This document shows positions 13,362-25,649 of a DNA stretch of 64,000 nucleotides, piece by piece. How positions within the stretch are numbered: the first letter of the stretch is position 1; each line of letters begins with the position of its first letter. The notes under the pieces were generated by a model. The model was not told where the DNA came from, did no database searches, and worked only from the letters and a program-made list of their open reading frames with translations. The position numbers were made by a program, and so were the translations under genes. This DNA is from Heterodontus francisci (taxonomy: Eukaryota), in contig NC_090376.1 in assembly GCF_036365525.1 (NCBI RefSeq), positions 33,165,075-33,229,074 on the forward strand. The letters run 5' to 3'.

Positions 13362-15328
13362 GGGAGTTAAAATTGCTTTTCCTCACTCCCCATCCCACAA
13401 TCCTTCCCTGCATTAAAATCGAGTTGTAAGAGCTGAGTGAGGGCAAGTTCATTTGGCAGAGCAAACCAATCAATAGCCTGCATCCAGACGCCCCGACCAA
13501 TTATGGAAGGAGGGCAGGATGATGTGTCTATTCTTTCAAAGGAAGGATTTCGAATTAATGGGACCAGGGCATGTACCAGAAAATCTCATCAGCACTTAGA
13601 CATTTGAGGTTGCAGCACCACAGGAATGGAGAGGAGACCTAGGAAGACTGCTCTCGGGTTTCTCACTCTTACCCGGAAGTCCTGCTAAGGGATCTGAGTG
13701 GCTGCAGTGAGGTGAGCTCTCCCAAGGACGTGAGAAAGAGAACAACCTCTCCAAACAAGCACACCTGGATGGAAGTGACTGAGGAAGTCAGCAGCAGGAG
13801 TGTGGTCCCTCCAGCCTGGAGACAGTGCACCTCAGGAGGGCACGACAGGTGAGTGGCATAACACTTTCAGGGGCCAAGCGCCACCCTCTGACTTGCCCAG
13901 CATTCTCCTGCACAGCACTCCTCAGACCAACGCTTCTTGCTGCTCCACTCATTCCTCTCCCTGCAGGAACCTCATATCCCCATCTGAGCAGCCACACTCA
14001 CACTCACCCTCAGCTAATAGCCATGCCTCACAGTGACCCACCACAAATGGTGTCCTTCCCTCCTCTCCACACAAGCTGTTACCAGCACTCACATTTCTCT
14101 GCATTCTCTCCTTGCGGGAGAAGAGAGCACATAACTTGGCGAGAAACAAAGACTTGGGGTTGGCGGGGCGGGTATGGCCCTCTCGTGACAGGCTCTTTGT
14201 CAGCCACTGGAAATGCATTCCCACCTGGCCCATTGGAAAGGGGCTCTTGTTCCAGGAGGCTGTAGATGTCAGTAATGACCTGCCATGAGAGCCTGAGCCT
14301 CCTCAGGCACTGGTGCTCAGACATGTCAGGAGAGCTGATACTCTGCCTGTCGACCCTGTGTCGGGGGCTCGCCTCCTTCCAATAGATCTTGGTGTCCATC
14401 CCTTCTGCCTTCTGAAGGGGCATGTGACTGAGGAGAGGGCAGCTGGTGTTGTGTTGGTGTTGTTCCTGCCGCTGCTGGAACAGTTGACGGTGGTGTGGTC
14501 TCTGCTCTTGTCCCTCATCAGAGGTGAAAGGTAGAGCTGCATAAGTTACAGGGAGAAGGCTGGCAGCAGGGACGTGCAGTTGAATGTGAATGAAGTGCCT
14601 TCCAAGAAGTTGACAATTGCCTGTCAATCAGTAATTACACTCTCTCAGAGAAGAAGTGCTTTGAACAGCAGTCTTGCAATGCCCATGGCCAGAGGTCTTC
14701 AGTGTAACTGATTGAAACCTTCCCAGCTTGTCAGTTTCACTGAAGAACCTTTTCCCGCTGTGCTCTTGCCTCAGTGACCCTGGCAAGTTGCTGACAGATT
14801 GGGAGGCAGGTTCTATGGATGGGAAATCCAGGATTCAGGGGTCAAGGACTTTATAATTGGCTTCTCAACAACCTTAACAAGCTCTTAATGACTTACCTGA
14901 CAGATCCAAAGGGGTTCCCTGCTCACCTTCAATGCCAGCCCAGGGAAAGCCGGTAGAGGGTGGGATCACGTTGGGAAGCCCACCCAATGTAACTTTCAGG
15001 GACTTTCCCACCCCACTCGCACCAACCCCCCAAACCTGTTGTGATATTGCTTTAACTGCTTGAGTACTAGTTAACATACTGCTCAATATGTAAATAGTTT
15101 TGAATACATCATCAGAGGAAATGATGCAAGCCAACATGATACAGTAGTTGGAGCAGTGTTAGTCAACAGTCAGCATGTATATCCGAGAAATCTTCTATAA
15201 TTCTGTATCCTGTACTAAAGAACCCTTCATTCAACTTACCATTCATCCTCAGAGTGTTTGGTACATTTATGTTGAGAGCCCAATAACACAGCAGAACCTG
15301 CCTCCGATGGCCTGGGAAAATTCTGCCT
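13362..15328. mobile_element. Internally deleted Harbinger transposon
   Basis: Myb exon-1 remnant with gtgagt donor (~13620-13850, +); transposase N-terminus MSEHQCLRRLRLS..PGGNAFPVA on - (~14190-14500); TIR-like end ggaaaattctgcc; left end approximate. Confidence 0.65.
15037..15293 (+). mobile_element. Gypsy solo LTR (family B)
   Basis: TGTTGTG...CACAGCA termini; TSD aaacc/gaacc; homologous to the LTR of the Gypsy at 33750-35411. Confidence 0.8.
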
Positions 15329-15677
15329 CATGTAGTTAAGCTGCTAATGTAACTTATCAAACTAAAATTGTATAGCATATCACTGCTGGCAGAGCTTCTA
15401 GCTTCTCACTTAACTCGGATCACCCTACTCTCTTGGGAATTGGCTTAATAATTGGCTTATTAATCTGGAATTGTGGCCGAAATTTTTTGTTAGGTGGGAG
15501 GCCCCGCCAACCTGCTGAATTTTTTTCACTCCCCGGGCCCTTCATTGGTCTTGCGTGGGACTTACACGTCCTTGAGGCAGGAAGTCCTGTCTAATGGAGC
15601 TGCCAGCCAATCAACGGGCCGGCAGCTCTTAGTCGCAGCAGCTCCACTGGGAGTGGTGGCCACAGCTGGGACTACAT

Positions 15678-18600
15678 TTTCTTCTTCTTTGGCCTCCTTG
15701 TCTCGAGAGACAATAAGGAAGTGCCTGGAGGTGGTCAGTGGTTTGTGAAGCAGCTCCTGGAGTGGCTATAAAGGCCAATTCTAGAGTGACAGACTCTTCC
15801 ACAGGTGCTGCAGATAAAATTGGTTGTCAGGGCTGTTACACAGTTGGCTCTCCCCTTGCGCTTCTGTCTTTTTTCCTGCCAACAGCTAAGTTTCTTCGAC
15901 TCGCCACTCTTTAGCCCAGCCTTTATGGCTGCCCGCCAGCTCTGGCGATCACTGGCAACTGACTCCCACGACTTGTGATCAATGTCACAGGAATTCATGT
16001 CGCATTTGCAGACATCTTTAAAGCAGAAACATGGACGGCCGGTGGGTCTGATACCAGTGACGAGCTCACTGTACAATATGTCCTTGGGGATCCTGCCATC
16101 TTCCATGTGGCTCACATGGCAAAGCCATCTCAAGCGCCACTGACTCAGTAGGGTGTATATGCTAGGGATGTTGGCCGCCTCGAGGACTTCTGCAGTGGAG
16201 ATATGGTCCTGCCACCTGATGCCAAGGATTCTCTGGAGGCAGCGAAGATGGAATGAATTGAGACGTCGCTCTTGGCTGACATACGTTGTCCAGGCCTCGC
16301 TGCCATAGAGCAAGGTACTGAGGACACAGGCTTGATACACTCGGACTTTTGTGTTCCGTATCAGTGCGCCATTTTCCCACACTCTCTTGGCCAGTCTGGA
16401 CATAGCAGCAGACGCATTTCCCGTGCGCTTGTTGATTTCTGCATCGAGAGACAGGTTACTGGTAATAGTTGAGCCCAGGTAGGTGAACTCTTGAACCACT
16501 TCCAGAGTGTGGTCGCCGATATTGATGGATGGAGCATTTCTGACGTCCTGTCCCATGATGTTCGTTTTCTTGAGGCTGATGGTTAGGCCAAATTCGTTGC
16601 AGGCAGCCACAATCCTGTCGATAAGTCTTTGCAGACTCTCTTCTGTGTGGGATGTTAATGCAGCATCGAGGAGTTCCCCAATGAGGACCTTCCATACTTT
16701 GGTCTTCGCTCTTAGGCGGGCAAGGTTGAACAACCTGTCATCTGATCTTGTGTGGAGGAAAATTCCTTCTTCTGAAGACTTGAACGCATGTGAAAGCAGC
16801 AGGGAGAAGAAGATCCCAAACAGTCTAGGTGCGAGAACACAGCCCTGTTTCACGCCACTCAGGATAGGAAAGGGGTCTGTTGAGGCACCACCAAGCTGAA
16901 TTCTGCCTTTCATATGGCCTGGAATGAGGTGATGATACTTAGTAGCTGGTGAACATCCGACCTTTGCTAGTAGTTTGAAGAGACCACGTCTGCTGACGAG
17001 ATCAAAGGCTTTGGTGAGATCTATGAAAGCAACGTAGAGGGGCATCTGTTGTTCGCGACATTTCTCCTGTACCTGACGAAGGGAGAACAGCATGTCAATG
17101 GTGGATCTCTCTGCTCGAAGCCACACTGTGCCTCAGGGGAGACACGCTCAGCCGGCTTCTGGAGTCTGTTTAAAACGACTCGAGCGAAGACTTTCCCCAC
17201 AATGCTGAGCAGGGAGATTCCATGGTAGTTGTTGCAGTCACCACGATCACCCTTGTTCTTATAGAGGGTGATGATATTGGCATCATGCATGTCCTGTGGT
17301 ACTGCTCCCTCATCCCAGTACAGGCAAAGCAGTTCATGGAGTGCTGAGAGTATAGCAGGCTTGGCACTCTTGATTATTTCAGGGGTAATGCCGTCCTTCC
17401 CAGGGGCTTTCCCACTGGCTAGAGAATCAATGGCATCACTGAGTTCCGATTTTGTTGGCTGTACGTCCAGCTCATCCATGACTGGCAGAGACTGGGCTGC
17501 ATTGAGGGCGGTCTCAGTGACAACATTTTCCCTGGAGTACAGTTCTAGGTAGTGCTCCATCCAGCGGTCCATTTGCTTGCATTGGTCAGTGATTGTGTCC
17601 CCTGATTTAGAATTGAGGGGGGCGATCTTACTGATGGTTGGCCCAAAAGCTCTCTTACTGCCATCATACATTCCTCTGATGTTTCCAGCGTCGGAGGCCA
17701 GCTGAATACGACTCCTTAGGTGTTGCCAGTAGTCATTTGCGCTGCGCCTGGCTGTTCTTTGTGCAGCGCTTCTGGCTGCTTTAAGTGCTACGGATGTTAA
17801 CTCGCTGGGGGCTTTCTTGTAGTTCAACAGTGCAATGCGCTTAGCGGCTATGACAGGTTCCAGCTCTTCAAAGTGAGATTGAAACCAGTCTGCATTCTGC
17901 TTCTCACGTTTGCCAAAGGTGGTCATTGCTGAGTCATAGATGGCGTTTCTGATGTGGGCCCACTTGGTCTCTGCATCCCCTGCAGGAGTGTTTTGAAGGA
18001 CTTTTTCAAGTGAATTTAGAAACTTATGCAACAGCTGTGGATAAGACATTTTGTTAGTGTTGATGCGCGGGCGGCCCTTCTGCTTGGAGTGATGCAGCTC
18101 CTTTGGTTTGAGTGTAACCTTGCTGCACACCAGGGAGTGGTCGGTGTTGCAATCTGCACTGTGGAAGCTGCGTGTGAGTTGAACACTGTTTATAGAGGCT
18201 CGCCTTGTGACGATGAGATCCAGCTGGTGCCAACGACGTGATCTTGGGTGCCTTCAAGAAGCCTGGTGACAGGGTTTAGTATGAAAGAACGAGCTGGTGA
18301 TGCAGAGGTTGTGGTAGGTGCACAACTCCAGCAGTCTCTGTCCATTCTCATTCATCCTTCCAATGCCATAGTGCCCAAGGCAGAAGGGCCATGAGTCATG
18401 GTCGGCCCCAACCCTGTCCCCCAGCAGGAACAAATGTTGAGTATTGGGAAAGCTACTAATGATATGGAGTTCCTCGTAGAACTGGTCTTTAACTTCAGGC
18501 GGGGAGCAGAATGTCGGAGCATAGATGCTGAGTAGGTGTACTGGACCAGAGGCGGTCAGCAGTTGGATGGACAGTATGCATTCCGAGCCATTTGAAGGTG

Positions 18601-19427
18601 GCTCTATCATGCTGAACAAAGAGTTTCTGATGGCGAAGCCCACTCCATGCTGTCTTGGCTCTACAGGATCCCTACCCAGCCAGAAGAAGGTGTAGTCTTG
18701 CTCTCTTTGAGATCCGCTTGCAGGGAGGCGTGTCTCCTGAAGTCCTGCAATGTCTACATTGAGTCTACTGAGCTTGTTGTTAATGATGGCGGTCTTCCGA
18801 GAATCGTTGATTTGTGTAAGGTCTTCCAACAGGCCAGGACACATAGTTCTGACGTTCCAGCTTGCAAAACGAAGGGCTGGTACCTTCTTTCATTTTTTTG
18901 TTGTGCTGTTTGGTGCGGTGTTACAGTCCACTTGTCAGGCAATGACCCTGAGCCTTGATTGAAGCAGGTGGACTGTGGCGGGACAGAACCTTACTGACTG
19001 GGGACTGCCCGGTTTGAGGCGGGCGGTAGCTGTCCAGTGAGATACGATGACCTCTCCCGCCGACAAAGGCAACCCGTGGCGCCCAATCTCTATGCCAGTT
19101 GAGCTGGAATTATAACCCGTAACTGCTGCCTTCCGTGTTGTTTTGGTCACTGTGAGGCGACTATGGAGTGACCTCTCCATGGCGCATGCCTGGGTAGATG
19201 TATGGAGGTTGTGAGTTGCCCAAGCGTCAAAACCCCCCTCTCGGCCTTCCTGGTGGGGTCCAAAGGAGTGCAGAGCACGACGTTTGACACCGGTATGGCT
19301 GCAGGAACTGCCCGAAACATGCCAAAGGTGACAAATGACTGCCTTCGGGGTTTCGCTCCGGATTTTCTGTTAGGGTTTACTCCCTTAGCCCTGGCCTCAC
19401 CTGAAACGCCCACAAGGCAGTGGGATT
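15678..19427 (-). mobile_element. Full-length RTE-clade LINE
   Basis: Single APE-RT frame in three pieces, 5' UTR of about 540 bp, (GAA)n 3' tail. Confidence 0.95.
15735..18885 (-). pseudogene. RTE APE endonuclease/reverse transcriptase, frameshifted
   Basis: ASWNVRTM, LQETR, SIYAPT (APE); DLTKAFD, GVKQGCVLAP, FTYLGS (RT); C-terminal CSTCGRVCHSRIGLYSH zinc finger; FADD motif reduced to ELL-DAAL. Confidence 0.95.
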
Positions 19428-19479
19428 ATTAGCTCCTATCCCTGAGCAGGGGCCCTAACATATAAGCTGGGTGATTTCA

Positions 19480-19935
19480 TGGAGGGAGAGGAAAGGGGGG
19501 ATGGGGTGCGGGGGGTAGGGGGTGCGGTGGATGCCGGGGGGATGAGGTGGGGGGAAAGGGGTGCAAGGGGGGAGGGGCTGGGGGAAGGGGATGTGTAAGG
19601 GGGAGCTGGGAAGGGGTGCAGGAGAAGGGGGTGCGAGGGGAAGATGATGTGAGGGCTAAGGGGGGGAACTGGGAAGGGGGTGTGAGGGGTGGGGGGAAGG
19701 GGGTGGGGGAAGGGGGTGCGAGGGGGTGAGCTGGGAGGAGGGTGTTGGGGGGGTGGGGGAAGGGGGGGTGTGGGGGGGGGAGCTGGGAAGGGGGTGCGGG
19801 GGAGGGGTTGAGGGGTTGAGGGGAAGGGGGTGCGGGGGGTGAGCTGGGAAGGGGGTGCGGGGGGGGAAGGGAGAAGTGGGGTGAGCTGGGAAGTGGATGA
19901 TCGGGGGGAAGGTGGTGCAAGGGGGGAAGGGGAGA
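19480..19935. repeat. G-rich degenerate tandem repeat (unit about GGGGTGAGCTGGGAAGGGGGTGCG)
   Basis: Repeated gagctgggaagggg and ggggtgcg motifs with extreme G skew. Confidence 0.85.
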
Positions 19936-19959
19936 GGCGTTCGGCGGAGGTCGCGACCC

Positions 19960-20063
19960 TGGCGAATGGGCCAGCCCAGAGCCTGCACGGCCTCCTCGAT
20001 GTCGGCATCCTCCAGGCTGATGCTACGCTCGTGGTCGCCATCCAGCTCACGGTGGAGCTTCTT
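19960..20063 (-). pseudogene. CpG-rich coding-like fragment of an unidentified host gene
   Basis: KKLHRELDGDHERSISLEDADIEEAVQALGWPIRQG with strongly GC3-biased codons, unlike the surrounding TE sequence. Confidence 0.55.
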
Positions 20064-20296
20064 TACATACAGCCACTGCAAGCACGGTGAAGGAAGGCCC
20101 CAGAAGACAGGTAAGTTTTTAGGGCCTCATCAGAGACAATCGGCCAGGCCCCGGCAAGGCAAGGGGGGGCCGGTAATGGCGGGCACGGGGAGTGTTGTGC
20201 ATTGGGGGCAGTTGGGCTTCAGAGGCAACCCTCCATGGGGCATAGGGTGCCCAATCAGGAGGGCCCTCCCAGCCCACAAGATGGCCGCCAAGATGT

Positions 20297-21193
20297 CGTA
20301 TTTCCATGTACGTGAATGACACAAAATTAAGTGGGAAAGTATGTCGTGAGGAAGATGCAAAGTGGCTTCAAGGGGATTTGGACAGACTTAGTGAGTGGGC
20401 AAGAATGTGGCATATGGAAGAAAATGTGGAAAAATGTGAGGTTATCCACTTTGGTAGGAGGAATAGATGTGCAGAGTATTTCTTAAATGGTAAGAGATTA
20501 GAAAGTGGAGATGTACAAAGGGACCTGGGTGTCCTTGTCAATAAGTCACTGAAAGCTAACATGCAGGTGCAGCAAGCAATTAGGAAGGCTAATAGTATGT
20601 TAGCCTTTATCGTAAGAAGATTTGAGTACAGGAGTAGTGAAGTCTTGCTTCAATTGTATAGATCCTTGGTTAGACTGTACTTGGAGTACTGTGTGCAGTT
20701 TTGGTCCCCTTACCTTAGGAAGGATATTATTGCTATCGAGGGAGTGCAACAAAAATTCACTGGACTTGTTCCCGGGATGGCAGGACTGTCCTCTGAAGAC
20801 AGATTGGGGAAATTGGGCCTGTATTCTCGAGAATTTTGAAGAGTGAGAGGTGATTTCATTGAAACCTACAAAATACTTAAAGGGATGGACAGGGTCAGTG
20901 CAGCTTTTTTCCCTGGTTGGGGAGTCTAGAACCAATTTCAAAATAAGGGGGAAGCCACTTAAGACAGAGATGAGGAGAAATTTCTTTACTCAGAGGGTTG
21001 TGAATCTTTGGAATTCTCTACCCTAGAGGGCTGTGGAAGCTCAGTCATTGAGTATGTTTAAAGCAGAGATTGACAGATTTCTAAATGAGGATAGTGTGGG
21101 AAAAAGGCATTGAAGTGGATAATCAGCCCTGATCATATTGAATGGCAGGGCAGGCTCGATGGGCTGAAGGGCCTACTCCTGCTCCTATGTTCC
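20297..21193 (+). mobile_element. CR1 LINE 3' fragment
   Basis: DTKLSG..LQGDLDRL..KCEVIHFG..RDLGV..LEYCVQFWSP; tail gggcctactcctgctcctatgttcct. Confidence 0.92.
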
Positions 21194-21799
21194 TTTCACA
21201 CCACAAGGTTAACAGGAGTTTTATGTCATTGAAGAGAGAACATAAAGACCAAAGTGTTCTTTGTTGCTCCTCAGTCCTATCTCTATGACCAGTATCAAAA
21301 CTAATGTTGGTATCAACCAGATACTGATCCAAATCAACAATTCCAAATTCTGTACTTCAGAAAACATCTTGTTTTGTGCTGAACCACTATAATTTTAAGG
21401 TAAGCAGATTTAAAAGATTTTTCTTTCTTTTTAAAGCTTTTCTCAAATCGAGATCAAAGTGAATTCAGGAACAGCTGGAGGCACGAAGATGGGCATGGTG
21501 AAGGGGCATTAATTAACAGAAGCTGAAAAAGGCATCACACTTCTGATGTTACAAATGTAACATTTATTTATGAAGTTATACACATTTTGTGTGCCTGTAT
21601 GTCTTGGGCATTTTATCCACATTTACCTGAAAGTCTTTGTTAATGTCTTTGCCTTGCACAACAAATATCTTTGTGATATTTCATAAGTAAAAATGTTTTG
21701 AGGTAATATAGTTACTGTACTTTATGTACACTTGTTTGATTAACAGAATGCGGAGTTCACCCATCTCCAGAACTCCGCTATGATGTCTCAAACAGCAAA

Positions 21800-22110
21800 C
21801 GCATACATTTGTAATGCACTGTTAATATAGAAAACATGCCATGGTCGACAAAAGAGGAGTGGGGAAATAAAATGGATAAAAGGGATAAATGAGCAAATGC
21901 TAAGCCATGGTGAGAAAGTTAGGAAAGGTGGCAAAAGCTTGGTTGAAAAGATGGGCTTTGAAAAGGTTTTTAAAGGTTGAGAGAGAAGTGCTGGGACAGA
22001 GGGGTTTAGGAAAGGAATTCTAGAGAAACAGGGAGGGCTTTGCCGCAAAAGGTGGACTGCACAGGGGAGGGAATGGATAAAAGGACCCAATCAGAAGGCC
22101 AAAAAGTGTG
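21800..22110 (-). mobile_element. L2-like LINE 3' end remnant
   Basis: Minus strand reads RIPF..LKTFSKPIFSTK followed by a tail resembling L2 ends; degenerate. Confidence 0.5.
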
Positions 22111-22735
22111 GGAGGGGATTTGCAGTTGAGTGTTATGACCACACTGCGAAGGAGGCTGGTGGCCATATTCCTGGGCCATGCTGAATGGGCCTCCCAATGC
22201 TGGAACCCCGCCACCATTCCTAATTGGATAGGGCTCCCGGATGCTGATTCTTAATTGGCCACCACCTGAGAGATTGAGACCAACATCCTGCGTTGGTTTC
22301 TTCTGGGTTCTCGACCCGGAACTGCGACCCACCGAGCCAAATTCAGCCCAGGGTGTCTCTGTCCCTCTGGAGAAACACCTCCATTCTGTTGCACCTTGTG
22401 CCAGACAGAAGAGAAGAACAACTATACCTCTCCAAACCTTCTCACCCCTCCAACATTGTGTCCCCAAGAGAGAAAGCATTGTAGCAATATGTGGAACATG
22501 GGTTTGGAGAACCGATACAATGTGCCACGACGCTCACCCGGGCAGGACATTATTAGAGCAAAGGCTTTTTGTTCATAGTAATTATACTCCTTTCAAGCAG
22601 TACAGACAACTTCTTGTTAAACCAATTCAAAATGTTGCCAGAAAACATACAAAGAACAAAGAACAAAGAACAGTACAGCACAGGAACGGGCCATTCGGCC
22701 CTCCAAGCCTGCGCCGATCTTGATGCCTGCCTAAA

Positions 22736-25520
22736 CTAACACCTTCTGCACTTCTGGGGCCCATATCCCTCTATTCCCTTCATATTCATATATTTGTCAA
22801 GATGTCTCTTAAACATCGCTATCGTATCTGCTTCCATCACCTCCCCTGGCAAGTTCCAGGCACTCACCACCCTCTGTGTAAAAAACTTGCCTCCCACATC
22901 CCCTCTAAACTTTGCCCCTCTCACCTTAAACCAATGTCCCCTAGTAACTGACTCTTCCACCCTGGGAAAAAGCTTCTGACTATCCACTCTGTCCATGCCG
23001 CTCATAACTTTGTAAACCTCTATCATGTCGCCCTTTCACCTCTGTCGTTCCAGTGAAAACAATCCGAATTTTTCCAACCTCTCCTCAAAGCTAATGCCCT
23101 CCATCCCAGGCAACATCCTGGTAAACCTCCTTTGTACCCTCTCCAAAGCCTCCACGTCCTTCTGGTAGTGTGGTGACCAGAATTGCATGCAATATTCTAA
23201 GTGTGGCCTAACTAAGGTTCTGTACAGCTGCAACATGACTTGCCAATTTTTATACTCTATGCCCCGACCGATGAAGGCAAGCATGCCGTATGCCTTCTTG
23301 ACTACCTTATCCACCTGCGTTGCCACTTTCAGTGACCTGTGGACCTGTACGCCCAGATCTCTCTGCCTGTCAATACTCCTAAGGGTTCTGCCATTTACTA
23401 TATACCTCCCACCTGCATTAGACCTTCCAAAATGCATTACCTCACATTTTTCCGGATTAAACTCCATCTGCCATTTCTCCGCCCAAGTCTCCAACCGATC
23501 TATATCCTGCTGTATCCTCTGACAATCCTCATTATCATCCGCAACTCCACCAACCTTTGTGTCATCCGCAAACTTACTAATCAGACCAGCTACATTTTCC
23601 TCCAAATCATTTCTATATACTACAAAGAGCAAAGGTCCCAGCACTGATCCCTGCGGAACACCACTGGTCACATCTCTCCATTCAGAAAAACACCCATCCA
23701 CTGATACCCTCTGTCTTCTATGACCGTGCCAGTTCTGTATCCATCTTGCCAGCTCACCTCTGATCCCGTGTGACTTCACCTTTTGCACCAGTCTGCCATG
23801 CGGGACCTTGTCAAAGGCTTTACTAAAGTCCATATAGATAACATCCACTGCCCTTCCTTCATCAATCATCTTCGTCACTTCCTCAAAAAACTCAATCAAA
23901 TTAGTAAGGCACGACCTCCCCTTCACAAAACCATGCTGCCTCTCGCTAATAAGTTTGTTTCTTTCCAAATGGGAGTAAATCCTGTCCCGAATAATCCTCT
24001 CTAATAGTTTCCCTACCACTGACGTAAGGCTCACCAGCCTATAATTTCCTGGATTATCCTTGCCACCCTTCTTAAACAAAGGAACAACATTGGCTATTCT
24101 CCAGTCTTCTGGGACCTCACCTGTAGCCAATGAGGATGCAAACATTTCTGTCAAGGCCCCAGCAATTTCTTCCCTTGCCTCCCTCAGTATTCTAAGGTAG
24201 ATCCCATCAGGCCCTGGGGACTTATCTACCTTAATGCTTTGCAAGACACCCAACACCTCTTCCTTTTTGATAATGAGATGACTGAGACTATCTGCACTCC
24301 CTTCCCTCGGCTCATCATCCACCAAGTCCTTCTCTTTGGTGAATACTGATGCAAAGTACTCATTTAGCACCTCGTCCATTTCCTCTGGCTTCACACATCG
24401 ATTCCCATCTCTGTCCTTGAGTGGGCCAACCCTTTCCCTGGTTACCCTCTTGCTCTTTATATATGTATAAAAAGCCTTGGGATTTTCCTTAATCCTGTTT
24501 GCCAATGACTTTTCATGACCCTTTTTAGCCCTCCTAACTCCTTGCTTAAGTTCCTTCCTACTGTCTTTATATTCCTCAAGTGCTTCATCTGTTCCTAGCC
24601 TTCCAGCCCTTACAAATGCTTCCTTTTTCTTTGACTAGGCTCACAATATCCCGTGTTATCCAAGCTTCCCGAAACTTGCCAAACTTGTCTTTCTTCCTCA
24701 CAGGAACATGCTGGTCCTGGATTCTAATCAGCTGACGTTTGAAAGACTCCCACATGTCAGATGTTGATTTACTCTCAAACAGCCGGCCCCAATCTAAATT
24801 CTTCTGTTCCTGCCTAATATTGTTATAATTAGCCTTCCCCCAATTTAGCACCTTCACCTGAGGACTACTCTTATCCTTATCCACAAGTACCTTAAGACTT
24901 ATGGAATTATGGTCACTACTCCGAAATGCTTCCCCACTGAAACTTCGACCACTTGGCCGGGCTCATTCCCCAATACCAGGTCCAGAATGGCCCCATCCCT
25001 AGTTGGACTATCTACATACTGTTTCAAGAAGCCCTCCTGGATGCTCCTCATAAATTCTGCCCCATCCAAGCCCCTAGCACTAAGTGAGTCCCAGTCAATA
25101 TTGGGGAAGTTAAAATCACCCACCACCACAACCCTGTTACCTTTACATCTTTCCAAAATCTGTCTACATATCTGCTCCTCGACCTCCCGCTGGCTGTTGG
25201 GAGGCCTGTAGTGAACCCTTCCTATTCCTGACCTCCACCCATATTGCCTCGCTGCATGACCCCTCTGAGGTGTCCTCTCTCAGTACAGCTGTGATATTCT
25301 CCTTAACCAGTAATGCAACTCCCCCACCCCTTTTACATCCCCCTCTATCCTGCCTGAAGCTTCTAAAGCCTGGAACATTTAGCTGTCAATCCTTACCTTC
25401 CCTCAACCAAGTCTCTGTAATAGCAACAACATCATATTTCCAAGTACTAATCCAAGCTTTAAGTTCATCTGCCTTACCTGTTATACTTCTCGCATTGAAA
25501 CAAATGCACTTCAGACCACC
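22736..25520 (-). pseudogene. CR1 ORF2 (APE + RT); longest open part 23036-24505
   Basis: VVGDFNFP, LDLVL, KSPGPDG, NYRLVSLTS, DFSKAFDKVPH, GVPQGSVLGP, KFADDTK; several frameshifts. Confidence 0.93.
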
Positions 25521-25649
25521 AGTCCCGCTGTGCTCAGCAACATTTCCCTGCCTGCTCTTCCTCTTAGTCCTACTGGCCTTATTTACAATGTCCTCCTCAT
25601 TTATTTCACTAGCTGTCCTACTGCTCTGGTTCCCACCCCCCCTGCCACA

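Larger units (their letters stand above)
15476..20300. mobile_element. MITE-like element split by the RTE chimeric insertion (halves 15476-15677 and ~20064-20300)
   Basis: ggccgaaatttt start; gccagccaatca..ggtaagt motifs occur in the same order as in MITE 5781-6602. Confidence 0.55.

Noticed and set aside
19436-20050. Pro-rich and Gly-rich ORFs of 140-204 aa
   Set aside because: Artefacts of the G/C-rich low-complexity tract; only the ~35-codon part at 19960-20063 looks coding.
22131-22486. Possible small LTR (TGTTATG...TAGCA)
   Set aside because: No matching TSD and no second copy in the window.
23036-24505. Intact 489-aa reverse transcriptase gene
   Set aside because: Part of a CR1 ORF2 with flanking frameshifts and a 5' truncation; an ordinary decayed LINE.
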